Positions 12,509 to 24,384 of a stretch of 64,000 bases of DNA are shown in pieces. The notes under the pieces were generated by a model. That model was not told the DNA's origin and did no database searches. It worked only from the letters and a program-made list of their open reading frames with translations. The stretch is from Hemiscyllium ocellatum (taxonomy: Eukaryota), in assembly GCF_020745735.1 (NCBI RefSeq), contig NC_083418.1, positions 48,439,776-48,503,775 of the forward strand, given 5' to 3'. Positions within the stretch are counted from its first letter, which is position 1; each line of letters opens with the position of its first letter. A program made the position numbers and the translations under genes.

Positions 12509-13825
12509 ACATCGGTTATTGGGAAAACATTACATTCTATTATAAACAACGTAATCGCAGAGTATTTTGAAAGACATAAAATCATGGCTGACAAATAAAC
12601 AGAACAGATACAGGGGAAGCAGTGGATGCAACATATTTGGAATATCCAAAAGGCTATTGATAAGGTATCACATGTTAGTTACTTCATCAGTTACAAACCC
12701 ATATAATATTTTAGCTCTGTTAAAGGATTGGCTAATTAATACAAGATACATATTTAGAAAAAAAAGTTATTTTTAGGATGGCAACCGTAATTAGTGGAAT
12801 GCCACAGGGATCAGTGCTGTGGCCACAACTATTTACAATATGTGTTAAATGACTTGGATGAGGAAAATCAATGTACAGTAGCCAAGCATGCATATGGCAC
12901 AAAAATAGTGGAAAGACAAATAATGAGGATGATACAAAGAGTCTGAAGAGGGCTGTAGACAAGCTAAGTGAGTGGGCAAAAACTTGGCAGATACAATAGA
13001 ACACTGGAAGATGCAAGATTATGCACTTGGGCAGAATAAAGGATCTGCATATTATTTAAACAGGGAAAGACTGTAGAAAGCTGCAGCAGAGAGAGATTTG
13101 GGAGTTCTTATACATAAATCGCAAAAATAAACCAAATCCAGCAAGTAAGAGGGAAAGCAAATGGAGTGTTTGCTTTTATTCAAAGCAATATTATGGAATA
13201 TAAACATCTAGAAATCTTACTAAAATTATACAAGGCACAAGGTTAGATGACACCTGGAATATTGTATACAATTTTGATCCTCTCATCAAAAAAAAAGGTA
13301 TATAGACATTCCTGGCCATTCAGAGAAGGTTCACTAGGTTGATCCTAAGTATGATGAATATGTTTTGTAAGGCAATGCTGAATAGATAGGGTTTGCACTA
13401 AATGAATTTTGAAAAACGAGAAGCAACTTTGTTGAAACATTTAAGATTCTTAGGGACTACCTTTTCTCGGGTAAATACAGAGAAGTTGTTTTCCCTTGTC
13501 GGACAGTCTAGCATCAAAGATTATAATCTCAGAATAATGGTTGCTCAGTTAGGTCAGAAATGAGGAAGAATTTTGAGGGTAGCGAATACATAGAACTCTT
13601 TACTGCAGAGAGCTGTAGTTGTCATTATGTACACTCAAGGACAAAATAGGCAGATTTTTGATCAGTCAGGGAATCAGGAGTATTGGGTGGAAAAAGTATG
13701 AAAGTGAAGTTCAGGAGTATTAGATCAGCCATGATGTCGTCTAGTGGATTAGACTGGATGGGTTGAATGACTCACTTCTGCATCTACATATTGTGATCTG
13801 AAAAGCTGGGTTCTTATGAGTAATG

Positions 13826-14009
13826 CTGAAAAAGCGCAGCAAGTCAGGCAGCATCCAGGGAACAGGAGATTCGGCATTCCTGAAGAAGGGCTTATGCCCG
13901 AAACGTCGAATCTCCTGTTCCTTGGATGCTGCCTGACCTGCTGCGCTTTTTCAGCAACACATTTTCAGCTCTGATCTCCAGCATCTGCAGACCTCACTTT
14001 CTCCTCCTC
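13826..14009 (+). mobile_element. Short palindromic pLTR-derived element with intact minimal hammerhead and 13-bp TSD
   Basis: Perfect TSD cttatgagtaatg at 13813-13825 and 14010-14022; inverted arms flank the core. Confidence 0.9.
13876..13911 (+). ncRNA. Minimal type-I hammerhead ribozyme motif
   Basis: ATTC-CTGAAGA-A-GGGC-TTAT-GCCC-GAAA-CGTC-GAAT: helix I ATTC/GAAT, helix II GGGC/GCCC, palindromic ACGT helix III, GUC cleavage triplet. Confidence 0.8.
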
Positions 14010-14688
14010 CTTATGAGTAATGTATTACAATATGGAAATATGCCTAAAATTGTAAGATAGAATGCATTAACTTCTGTGTACCAGTTTTGAGCGCTCTCAC
14101 AAATGCACTATTTAAAATGCATCTCATGTCTTATTGCCATTATTACTACACTGAAATCCCAGCATGAAATTTTGTGCTGAAGCCTCTCATATAGGGCCAC
14201 ACTGACAGCATTGTGAGCAAGAAACAAAAGTGCTGGAATGTGAACCATGATGGTTCAATGAAGGAGCTAGAGTCACATGGTCCTATTCTACTGTCTGTGC
14301 GGAGCATGTATAATATAGGTGATGACTAACCAGTAATTCATAAAACTGTAAAATCATTTTCATTCACAGTCTAACACTTATTTCCAAAACATCTCTTTGT
14401 AGATCCAAAAAAAAAATCTAAAATATGACAAATGACTATCACATCCCGGAAAGGTTTTCAGGGTTTTCACATACTGTATACTTTGAAGTAATTTGTATAT
14501 GACAAGATCATACCAATTACAGTAATATGATTGACAAATCAATTTAATTTGGAGGATTGTCAGCCAGAACGTTCTGCTTTTCTTCAAGTAATACCGTTTA
14601 CCTTCCTGGGGTTAGCTTACAGTGGGAAGTTGGTGTTACAGAAGGTAAAGAAAATGGTGCACTAACAAGTTTCAAAACTTGCACTCAC

Positions 14689-14797
14689 CAGGATTCTGAA
14701 TAGATTCAATTATCATTTTATAGTTGTTCTTATTCACACTGAGGCCTGCCATGACATCCTCAATCCTCCTCAGATCCTTTCTTATCCGTTCTTGATC
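14689..14797 (-). CDS. PLEKHA7: PLEKHA7 coding exon (109 nt, phase 0-1)
   Basis: tctgaattcag|...CCTG|gtgagt; DQERIRKDLRRIEDVMAGLSVNKNNYKMIIESIQNP. Confidence 0.95.
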
Positions 14798-15249
14798 CTG
14801 AATTCAGAAAAGCAAGTCATCAACTTACAAGTTCAAGTGAGACAAAGCAACATGTGCCCGAAATTAACAACATTTTACTTGGATATTTGTCAGTACAAGA
14901 AAACCAACATTGATTTCAAGTAACTGAATGACAAATATGGATAACAAATAAAGAAACAAAATGAAAACTCTGTTGATAAGTCAATTCCCATCTAAGTATT
15001 AGGGTCATTTAAAGCAGTATAACTGTTGCACCATATAAACCCAACAAATTCGAGCACTGGTCTTAAGATGATTCACTGGAGGGTTTTAAGGTAGCATTTG
15101 AGGTTGAGTCATGCAAGAAAATGTTAGGTAGCAGTAATCTATCTAAAGGCAAGCAATGCTAATTTTTCCCAGGCCTAATAGTCTTCTGTTATCTTCCTCA
15201 GTTGTTTGCAGGACCATCCAATTTTCAAATATGTATGATGTCTAATATC

Positions 15250-16200
15250 CTCACTCTTGTTCTTTCCCTCTTTGTATAGCCCTCTTATCATCCTTCAATC
15301 CATTCCTTCGACAAGTTCTCTTACTTCAGAATATGACATTGATGCCTTTTCTTGACTATCTTCACTTACAACTTTCCCTCCATCATCAGCCTGAAAACTT
15401 CTTCACTGTCTTGTGTACTTCTAAGTGACCCATTTCAGAATTTTGGATGTCCACATTTCAGTACATACAACATGACTCTTCAAATTACAGTCTTGAAAAT
15501 TTTCTAAAAATCTCCACTTATTCCCTTGTTGAGCAATTCTTGATGTTTAAAGAAAGGTTCTTTAAAATTGATATTCTGGTTCAGATTTAATTTTTAGTAG
15601 TAACCACCTTCAAAACAGATGCTTCCCAAGTAACTAAACTATATGCCTATTACAGCTGTGGACCATTCATATTGAGCTCTGCTTTCACACCATTAGATCT
15701 GAGAATCTTCATAACTTTGGTCTTCTCTACCTGAAATATTCATTGCCAATTTTCACCAATTCACTCACTTGTCCATTATTATCTTTACGTTTTCTGCTGT
15801 CCTGTCCACCAAGGCCATCACCAATTGATATTCTATGTTGACAGTTTTCTGTACTTCATTTGGTGCTTTTTTTTTTAATAAAAAGAAAATTGCAGTCTCT
15901 CCACCTTGCACTCAATTACACTGGATTCATGTTCATTAAATACTGTGAATTTACCAGCGATTTCACAATCCATTCCAGGCACCAATCATTTCTTTCTCCA
16001 GTAAACGCTGATCATTACAAATAGTTGCAATAGCTTTTACCAATTCATCCAGTCAAAAATATTTTCATATTCCACAGAGCAGATGTATACTTCTTACTCC
16101 TTCCATTTTATGCTGTCATCATTGCTACAGCCGAAGTCTACAAACTTTTGTCAACAAAAACTGATGACACCTGCTGTACCTTGTTTGCTTAGTAATCCAC
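15250..16200 (-). mobile_element. Highly decayed LINE, possibly RTE clade
   Basis: Minus-strand remnant resembling the KTxIRPVLLYGSETW motif near 15450-15495; frameshifted. Confidence 0.4.
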
Positions 16201-17829
16201 ACCATTTGCCAACATTTCTGAAATGAAGCACTTAACAAAAATAAAGAATTCTCATGCCAATGCAGGTGCAGATGTGGCATAGACCACAATTTAGTTGCAA
16301 ATAAAGTACAAGTTCAACTCAAGGGAATCAATGGGAGAAACTATCCCAACACAGCAATTTTATTCTAGAGTGTACTTTTTGATAAATTATGTGCTCATCA
16401 CAATTATACCCATTTTTTAATATTAAGCTCTTGAATATCAGCTAAAGCATAGGTCAAATTTCAGGATAAACTGGCCTTCGCTGTGTTCTAATATGCCTTA
16501 ATTGTAACTTTGAAACTGTATCTCCCTCAATAACAGTGAAATTTATATCCTTACAGGTTAGAGGTCTCCGTTAGAAGTACTAAAGTATCTGTGGCGACTT
16601 GACCTTCATTAAAGTATTCACATGCTCAGTTAGACATTGTTGTTAAACTTGCTTTCCCAACATAACTAGATAACTGGCCACAACTAAAACATTGTGCAAG
16701 AATAATTTCCATTAGAAGCACTGAATTTTCTATTATAAACAAAATCATTGGACAACTGCAAAGGTTGAAGCTCTTGGTCCTCTTAATTTCCTTACTTGCC
16801 TCGCAAATGCATTCTTCTGTCCTTGAACACCAAATAAGTATGACAACTTGGATCAAATTCTAAAACTAGAAATAGGTTTTGAAGCCAATCCAAAGCCACT
16901 TGGAATATACATTGGAGACACTCGGGCTTTGTTACTGGAACAAAAATGCTCTAACAATTAGAACATTTAAGACTGACAGAAGGAGTGCACTGATAACTGA
17001 TCCCAAATACTCAACAAGTATAAAATACATAAATGCGTTGATAGGTTCATCTCAATAGTGAGACCTGAATGGGACTGGCAGGTGCCTGTGACATTATGAG
17101 TCTGTCACCAGCACCAGCCATTCCATTTAGATGAAAATAGGGTTCTTTCAGTCTTTTTGGACATGGTCTTTCCTCTCTTCCCCAAATACCATGAATTCCC
17201 TTGGGTCTTTATTCTACCCTTTGTTTGTCCATTGCTTCCCAACTATGAATGAAACCATCTATGAATAGAAAGTCAGTGGAGTTCAGCCCAAAGAAAGATA
17301 AACAAATACCAGTTGTGTGTTCAGATTCAGTAACATTTTGTAACTTTCATGTACAGATAAAAAAATATATCTGAATGTTTCTACAGTCAGACAGATTGAA
17401 TGCACTATTTGGGTAAGAAAGTCTATGTTTTGTTCTTTGCAAATTATATTAGCTTGTAGTTTACATTAAACAAGAGATCCAAAACTGTAACCTCATTAAG
17501 CAAGTCAGGGCAGGCTTTCAGGAGCACATAAAACTAGCCAATATAGTCTGACTTACAATCAGGCACCAGAGTGAAGTGAAAAGGGAGAAAGTGAAAAGAG
17601 GTGTACTTTAACTTGTGTTAAACTTTTTCAGTTTCAGGAATTGAACCTTACCCTAAAAAAGAGAAAAAAATGATATATGCGCCAAGCATTTGGTAAGTAA
17701 CTGATGTCTACAGTACTCCCACAAATTCAAAATAATCCAGCAACTGGGAGCAAAATATATAAAAACATAACTGAATTTAAAATTGTTAAAACAAAATATA
17801 CAAATAGATGTGAGAGAATGGGATAATCT

Positions 17830-18130
17830 AGGAATCATTCTTTAAAAACCAGGAGTCACCCATTTAAAACAGATGCAATGACATTTGCTCCACCCCAAAT
17901 CAGATGGTCATGAGCCTTTGGTATTGTGCTTCCACCAGATTTTCAGGAACAGAGTCCTTGAATATTTTTAAAGATGAGGTACAGAGCTTATTGTTAGGCA
18001 AAGGGGAGAAAGGTTATCAGGCACGTGGGAATGTGGTTTTGACGTTGATCAAGTCAGCCATGATCTTATTCATTGGTAGAGTAGGCTTGAGAGACTTAAT
18101 AGCCTACTCCTGCTCCAAATTCACATATTA
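17830..18130 (+). mobile_element. CR1 LINE 3' fragment
   Basis: ...cagccatgatcttatt..gcctactcctgctcc tail typical of the CR1 copies in this window. Confidence 0.7.
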
Positions 18131-18316
18131 AGCAAGCAAATAACTCATTAAAATCATTAGCTTCCAGCTGTAAACTATGCACTTCTGAGAAATGAAACAT
18201 GACTTTTACTCATCGTTTATTCCTCAGATTATTGAGCTTTTTCAACTTTGTTATTTTGAAAAGAATCCTTAGCTGATTATTTAAAACAAAACACAATTTC
18301 TATAAAATGAGCTTGC

Positions 18317-18418
18317 CTGGGGACTTGGTGCCATTTTCAGGTATCCAAGGATTGCTTCCTTGAGCTGGTTCACATCGTTTTCCGTCTGCTCATATTCTTT
18401 CCACGCATTTTCCAATTC
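18317..18418 (-). CDS. PLEKHA7: PLEKHA7 coding exon (102 nt), coiled coil, followed by a GC donor
   Basis: tttatctgcag|ELENAWKEYEQTENDVNQLKEAILGYLKMAPSPQ|gcaagc. The 34 codons equal the recalled human segment EMENAWNEY...FFFQ. Confidence 0.9.
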
Positions 18419-18913
18419 CTGCAGATAAACGATACATGAGTTTGTTTAATTCCACAATGTAATTGGTGAAACACAAAGATAAATTAAATGTAGGTTTCTA
18501 TTATTTTATTTTCCTATCTCATGGAATGTTTTTATTGACTTTTCCCACAAGGCACAATTAACACAGAAGTAAACAGAACCACAGTCTACTTGTGTAATCC
18601 CAAAGCTCAAAAGACAGCACACAATATTTCAACAGAAAGCAAAGATTACTTCATCTAAAACCTTTCCTGTTTTATAATTGATCCATTTCTCTACAGTTCA
18701 CTAACATTTAATAAATGGCTTTCCTTAATGCATACAGTAATCCATTTAGAAATATCCAGCCAAATATTCTTCGACCTTCCTGATCCCAATCAACATATTA
18801 CTGATGATTGAATTGCTGAGCGTAAAGTGGATAATTACAGCACTGAGCTTTTATTCAATATCGACTTATGCACATTAAGAATCAAAAGAAAAAGCTAATT
18901 TATTCTCTTTTTC

Positions 18914-19685
18914 TTAAACCATGAAACACAGCAGCCAGTAGGATGTGCAGGATGTCAAGCAGGAGACCTGTTAAGATCCCTGTCAACCATGATTCATCCC
19001 CACTATGAGGAGTGCCAATTTAGCCCACAATTGAGTCTATTCTTCACGTAACTAAGCATGATTATTTAAATAAAAATTGTCCAAACATTTGACCTCAAAA
19101 AAATTACATTACTTTCCTTAAAATGATTGAGAAACAGCCATTGACTTGATCAAAGTGCAGTGTGTTAACATAGACCAAAGAGTATACAAGGAATGGAGCA
19201 ACTTAATTCCAGTTCTTCTTCAAAGGAGTTTATCTTTTCATTTTCAGTTCCTTGACTTTGGTGATTCCATTCATGTATTTGCTACTATGGAGGTTCTTCT
19301 AGCTCCAGGCTTGCTTTAATTTCTGAAGCAGAGCCCAAACATTACTTTGAAGACAAGCAAAATGTTTGAGCTGAATGGTTTGCTAATCCATAAAGATCTT
19401 TAGACATTTCCCAGTCAGCAAAAATGCTGCTAATTCTCACTGAGTTTGGCCTTGGAGGCATCGCAACTGCTCCACACCTGATCAATCATTTTCAATTTAA
19501 AATAACCCATAAAATATTTAGTTTCTGGAAATTAGAATTGAAGGCAGTGCAATGGTTTTGACTCAATTGTGGGCTAACTTGGCACTCCTCATAGAGTGGA
19601 TGAATCATGGTTGACAGGGATCTTAAAACAGGTCTCCTGCCTGACTTCCTGCACATCCTACTGGCTGCTGTGTTTCATGGTTTAA
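18914..19685. repeat. Long inverted repeat: ~125-bp arms (18914-19037 and 19560-19685), 522-bp spacer
   Basis: ttaaaccatgaaacacagcagccagtaggatgtgcagg...gcccacaattgagtc is the reverse complement of gactcaattgtgggc...ctgtgtttcatggtttaa, with ~5 substitutions and a 2-nt indel. Confidence 0.92.
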
Positions 19686-19779
19686 AAAAAAACTGCAGAG
19701 TAAACAGAATCAGTTGATCCTCTTGCCAAAGGCCAACTGTAGTTCAACATTCAGATCCTGCAGTATAGGAACTGCTAAG

Positions 19780-21420
19780 AGTCAAAATATCGTCAAAGTA
19801 GGATATTCCATAGTCTAGTGGACAAAGGCATTTCTGCAATTGTCTCGCTGATGATCAAGGTAAATTATATCATTGAAAGGGCATTTAATATTATCCACAG
19901 AAAAGGAGATAGCCAGAAATTGTTGTACATGCAACACCAATGATTGTGTCCAGGGATTGAGGTCTTACAGTTAGATTTCAGGAGCTCAGAAGGAAGTTAA
20001 AAGAGTAGCACCTTGTAGTGTCTTGTGCTAATGAGAGTAGAAACTGGAAGGAAGGGAGGATTAATGCATGGTGCAAGATGGAAGGCTTCAGATTTGTGGC
20101 CACTGGGATCGGTTTTAGACAAGAAACAACAATTCAAGGGGAGGAGACCAGAACAGGATTGGTATAAATATCTGCATATGAATGTTCACTAATATCACTG
20201 CTAAGGATGTAAACTAAATTAGTTGGGAAATAGATACTAGTGTATTAGTGTGGTAGGAGGAATAAGTTGCATAAAGGATAGAGTGTTATTATACTTTAGG
20301 ATGTTTAGAATAAAGGAATGGTACTGTAAGAGATGGGACCAGACTATGGTGAATACAAAAGCAGGTTTACAATGCATGTATCTAAATTCACAAAGTGTGG
20401 TTAAAAGAGTAGATGAATTGTGAGCATAAACAGCTGTGTAAGAATATCACATGGTAGTTATTGTTGAAAAATTACTTAAAACTAGTGAGGACTAACCACC
20501 AAAATTTAAAAGATATGAAGTATTTGGAAAAATGCAAAGTAATCAGGCGGCACGGTGGCTAGCACTGCTGTCTCACAGCATCAGGATCCTGGGTTCGATT
20601 CCTGCCTGTGTGGAGTTTGCACATTCTTCTTGTGTCTGCGTGGGTTTCCTCCCACAATCCAAAGATCGGCAGATCAGGTGAATTGGCCATGCTAAATTGC
20701 CCACAGTGTTAGGTGTGTAGTCAGTGGTAAATATAGGGTAGGGGAATGGGTTTGGGTGGGTTTCTCTTTGGAGGGACGGTGTGGAAGGGCCTGTTTCCAC
20801 ATTGTAGAGAATCTAATCAAATGATTAGATTCTCTACAATGGCAGTTTGATGAGGAAGACATTGTAATGCTGGAATGAGGGGACATGGATCAAAATGGGC
20901 AAAGAAAAATCAAAGTTTGAGTAAAGAAATAAAAAGAGCATGACTATACTACTGGAGATAGTCTCTAAGTAGTGAGAGCAATATCGAGGATAAAGTAGAT
21001 AAAGGAAACCACTGACATACGCAAGAATTTCATAATCATACTGGTCAGCCTTAATTACTCAAATATTAATTGGGATAATATTAGAATAAGCATAAGGAAA
21101 GAAATGAATGTGTGAAATGCGTTTCCTTGACCAGTATGAAGGTATTCCAAATAAAAGAGGAGATATTGCTGAATTTGTTGCTGGAGAATTATTTGAGCTA
21201 AGTGAGCCAAGTATATATGGGGGAAATAAATATTTTGGAGTGTTCACTGTATCATATGGTTAGACTCATAATGGAAAAGAGCAAGTAACACCCTAAAGCC
21301 AAACTTCTGCGTTGGCAGGGTTTCAATGGCATGAGGAGTAACACGGAACATAGAACCAAAGACCGACAGAAACCATTGAAATGGAACAATGAGTGATCAT
21401 TGAGTAGATATTTTAGGTAA
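19780..21420 (+). mobile_element. Decayed CR1 5' portion (esterase-like ORF1 and endonuclease)
   Basis: Remnants resembling VGDSIV..PEIVVH..TND of CR1 ORF1 and a NAxSVxK..EL endonuclease start near 20380. Confidence 0.6.
20546..20822 (+). mobile_element. HE1-type tRNA-derived V-SINE (internally deleted)
   Basis: ggcggcacggtggc head, B box gggttcgattcc, V-domain gtgtggagtttgcacattct..gcgtgggtttcctcc, tail gggcctgtttccac..atctaatc. Confidence 0.9.
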
Positions 21421-21801
21421 AGGTGGAACATGTTATGTTATACTGCAGAAAAACAACAACTTTGCTTTCTCTATCATTAAATTTTATGTCGATGCTGACA
21501 GGTGAAAACATTTTGCTCATTTTATTAAACAAGATTGTTACAGCAGTTTGAACATTTCCATAATATCTAACAGGGTTGCACAGGCACATTGCAAATGCAC
21601 CTTCTAACTGAAATTATAGTTAAAGGAAAACAAAACTGAGTTTAAAAGCAGCCTAATAGTGCAGGAGTCATATTGCTTAACTTCTGTATATTTGTATGTC
21701 AGACACAAACTCATATGACTATTTTTACATCTGATATACTAAAAGTGTTACTTTAGCAGACCATACAAGCTACAACAACTAGTTAGATGAATTACACTTA
21801 C

Positions 21802-21951
21802 TGTGCAGACTTTGGAAATCTCAGCTCGGATTTGAACCAGATCCTCTTGCAGCAGCCGCTGTTGATAGGCAATCTTCTCAGTATGAGTTGGCTGCCCTTT
21901 ATATTGATCCAGTTGCCTGTGGGTTACCTCCAGTACAGATTCAAGCTTGTC
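21802..21951 (-). CDS. PLEKHA7: PLEKHA7 coding exon (150 nt), coiled coil
   Basis: tttattcag|...ACA|gtaagt; DKLESVLEVTHRQLDQYKGQPTHTEKIAYQQRLLQEDLVQIRAEISKVCT. Confidence 0.96.
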
Positions 21952-23029
21952 CTGAATAAACATGTCAAATCAGAACTTGCAGCAATCATCACCATTTCAG
22001 CAAAACCTAAATGAAAGGACATGCCCTCCGACACCTCTAAGATAAATCAGTAATCAAATCCTATGATCTTGTTTTGCGTGGGATGGGGTGGTGGTAAGGG
22101 AGATGAGTGGGATGTGGATAGGCAAAATCATTTGAGTCACTGGCAGATGGAGGTTGGCACCTAGTGGGTAAAAGATTACCAAGACATCAGAAGAACAAGT
22201 AGCCTAGAGAAACCAGAGTGGCCTTTTAGGTAGCCAAGAACTTAATCAAGTAAATGTGAACCTGGAATGAAATGAAATGAAAAAAATCTAAACAGCAGGA
22301 TGCAGGAGTGTTAGTGGTGATACAGAGTTGGGAAATGGAGGTTCAAGGCTCAGGTCAAACTGTGTGTGGGGTCTGACCAGATACAGAAGACTATTCGAGC
22401 ATGGTCAATGTGACATGAGAAATGACTTGTTAGTAAACAGATGACCTTTTATCCTTCCTTCAGTTCTCTACGTCAACTAGGATTTAAAAAATTGCAACAC
22501 TTGGTATAATGTTCAAGTAAGCAATTGTTAAAATACTGGCACGTAACCTAAATCCAACCAACTCAACAAAATCTGAAGCAGACTTCAAACCAAGACCCAA
22601 ACCTAGGCGAAGCTGTCCTTTCATTAACATAATTCCTCTGCAATGGATTTACTGGATAAAAGGTACCGGCAAGTCCTGCTCCATTCTCATACACTGATGG
22701 CTTTCTGGTTGAAGTGTTGGTTTCTTGCCTGTCCTAAGTTAAAATGGGTTTGTGACTCAACATTTAGGACTTATACAAGTATCGCCAATCCTCTGCAGTC
22801 ATCAATTTCAATTACTTGGATTACTGCACTCGAAGTCACAATAAAACTTATCAATTTACTATCAGTATTCTCCGTTGAACTGTCATTATTGTGCTTTTTT
22901 TTTGTTCCATTCTCTTTGAAGAAAGCAAACGAATCACATCAAATCAGTATTGTTTATTTAAAGTTCCGAAGCAGAGGCCGGTTCAGTCTATGTACGCGGA
23001 GGCAACGGCCTAGCAATAGTTTCGCTGCA

Positions 23030-23327
23030 CTTTTAAATGTTCTGGGGACCCAGTTTCAAATCCTGCCACAGCGTTCAATCGAATTTGAATTCAATAAATA
23101 TGTGGAATTAATATTACCATAAATCCATTATCAATTGTTGGAAAATCCCATCTGCTTCACTAATGTCCTTTAGGGAGAGAAACTACCATTCCTACCTGGT
23201 CTGGCCAACATGTGATGCCAGACCCAGAGCTATGTGGTTGACTCTTGACTGCCTTCTGGGCAATTAGGGATGGGCAATAAGTGCTGGCCTAGCCAGTGAT
23301 GCCCTCATCCATGAATGAATTAAAAAC
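23030..23327 (+). mobile_element. tRNA-derived SINE (family not named)
   Basis: B-box-like gtttcaaatcc, core cactaatgtcctttaggga.., tail gggcaattagggatgggcaataa..atgaatgaattaaaa. Confidence 0.75.
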
Positions 23328-24303
23328 AAAGTATCACATTTCGATAAGCGAAGACAGGATTGGTTCTGGGGTTTCATGATCACCATTATTGATGACTACT
23401 TTTGATTACAGATTCAGTGAATTAACAACTAAATTTCACCAACTGTCAGCTTGGGATTATTCTTACTTCTGAAAGGCTTTGGAAGGGTAGTCCAACAGTG
23501 TCCATTCACACATCAGTTCACTCACTATTGGATTCTCCCAGATTTTCGCATTAGGGAGAGAAGCTTGTCAGAACCATTGTTCCATTTCTATTATCATTTC
23601 CTACTGGATGATATTATATATTATACTAATTTCTTGATCATTGATTGAATATATCACAGAATGGACTAGAGGTACATAAACTAGGCAAGTCCTAGATTCA
23701 AGTCAAATTACCTTTAACAGTCCTCACTATTGCAGTGCATATATGTGGACATTGGAAAACTTGGACAGTGATTTCTTTACAGTCAAACTGTTGGCCATCT
23801 TATCTTTATTTATATATAATGGCAGAATACACAAAGTGCAGTCAGTAAGTAGTCTTGAAGAAATTTCAATATGAATCACCATTGAACATCAAGGTGATTA
23901 GGTGAATACCAAGAGGTGGTTTTCGCAGACTGAAGGACATAGAATTCAGGGGTGATGGTCTCAGGACAGTCTTTTTTAATTAGTTGGGTTTTTTTTTAAA
24001 AAAGTGAGACATTGGAGACATTTCTTTTATTTGGAACTTCTGTCAATCCCAATTCCTAGAGAGCTGCAAAAAATGCTCAGCCCATTATTCAATTTAAAAT
24101 AGAGAACAATTAATTGGGGACCCAAGGATTCAAGAGACATGGGACTAGGACAAGAAAGAAGGTGCAGAGGTGCAACCATTAGCTTATTGAGTGACAGTAT
24201 TGGCTCCAGGAGCACAATGTCTACTCCTAATCTTACACTCCAATGCATGTATTTTACATTTGCAGTATTTGTACTGTTCCTTTTGTTTCTCTTTGCAACA
24301 TAC

Positions 24304-24384
24304 CTTATCTGCTTTCAGTTGCCGAACTTTGGCTTCCAGATCTTGAAGACTTTTGTCCCGTTCACAAAGTCTGCTCAGTTTAGC
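24304..24384 (-). CDS. PLEKHA7: PLEKHA7 coding exon (81 nt), start of coiled coil
   Basis: ttctgtctgtag|...AAG|gtatgt; AKLSRLCERDKSLQDLEAKVRQLKADK. Confidence 0.94.

Larger units (their letters stand above)
9700..13800 (+). mobile_element. Long decayed CR1 LINE (ORF1 remnant, APE endonuclease, RT, 3' tail) with three nested insertions
   Basis: Decayed endonuclease start (NKINELMAQIKVNGYGII) near 10135; KLKADRSSKLDGMHPRIL and SGMPQGSVLWPQLFTICVK in the RT region; tail near 13790. Confidence 0.85.

Noticed and set aside
22643-23122. 159-aa plus-strand ORF
   Set aside because: No recognisable domain, runs into a SINE, and is antisense within an intron; a chance ORF.
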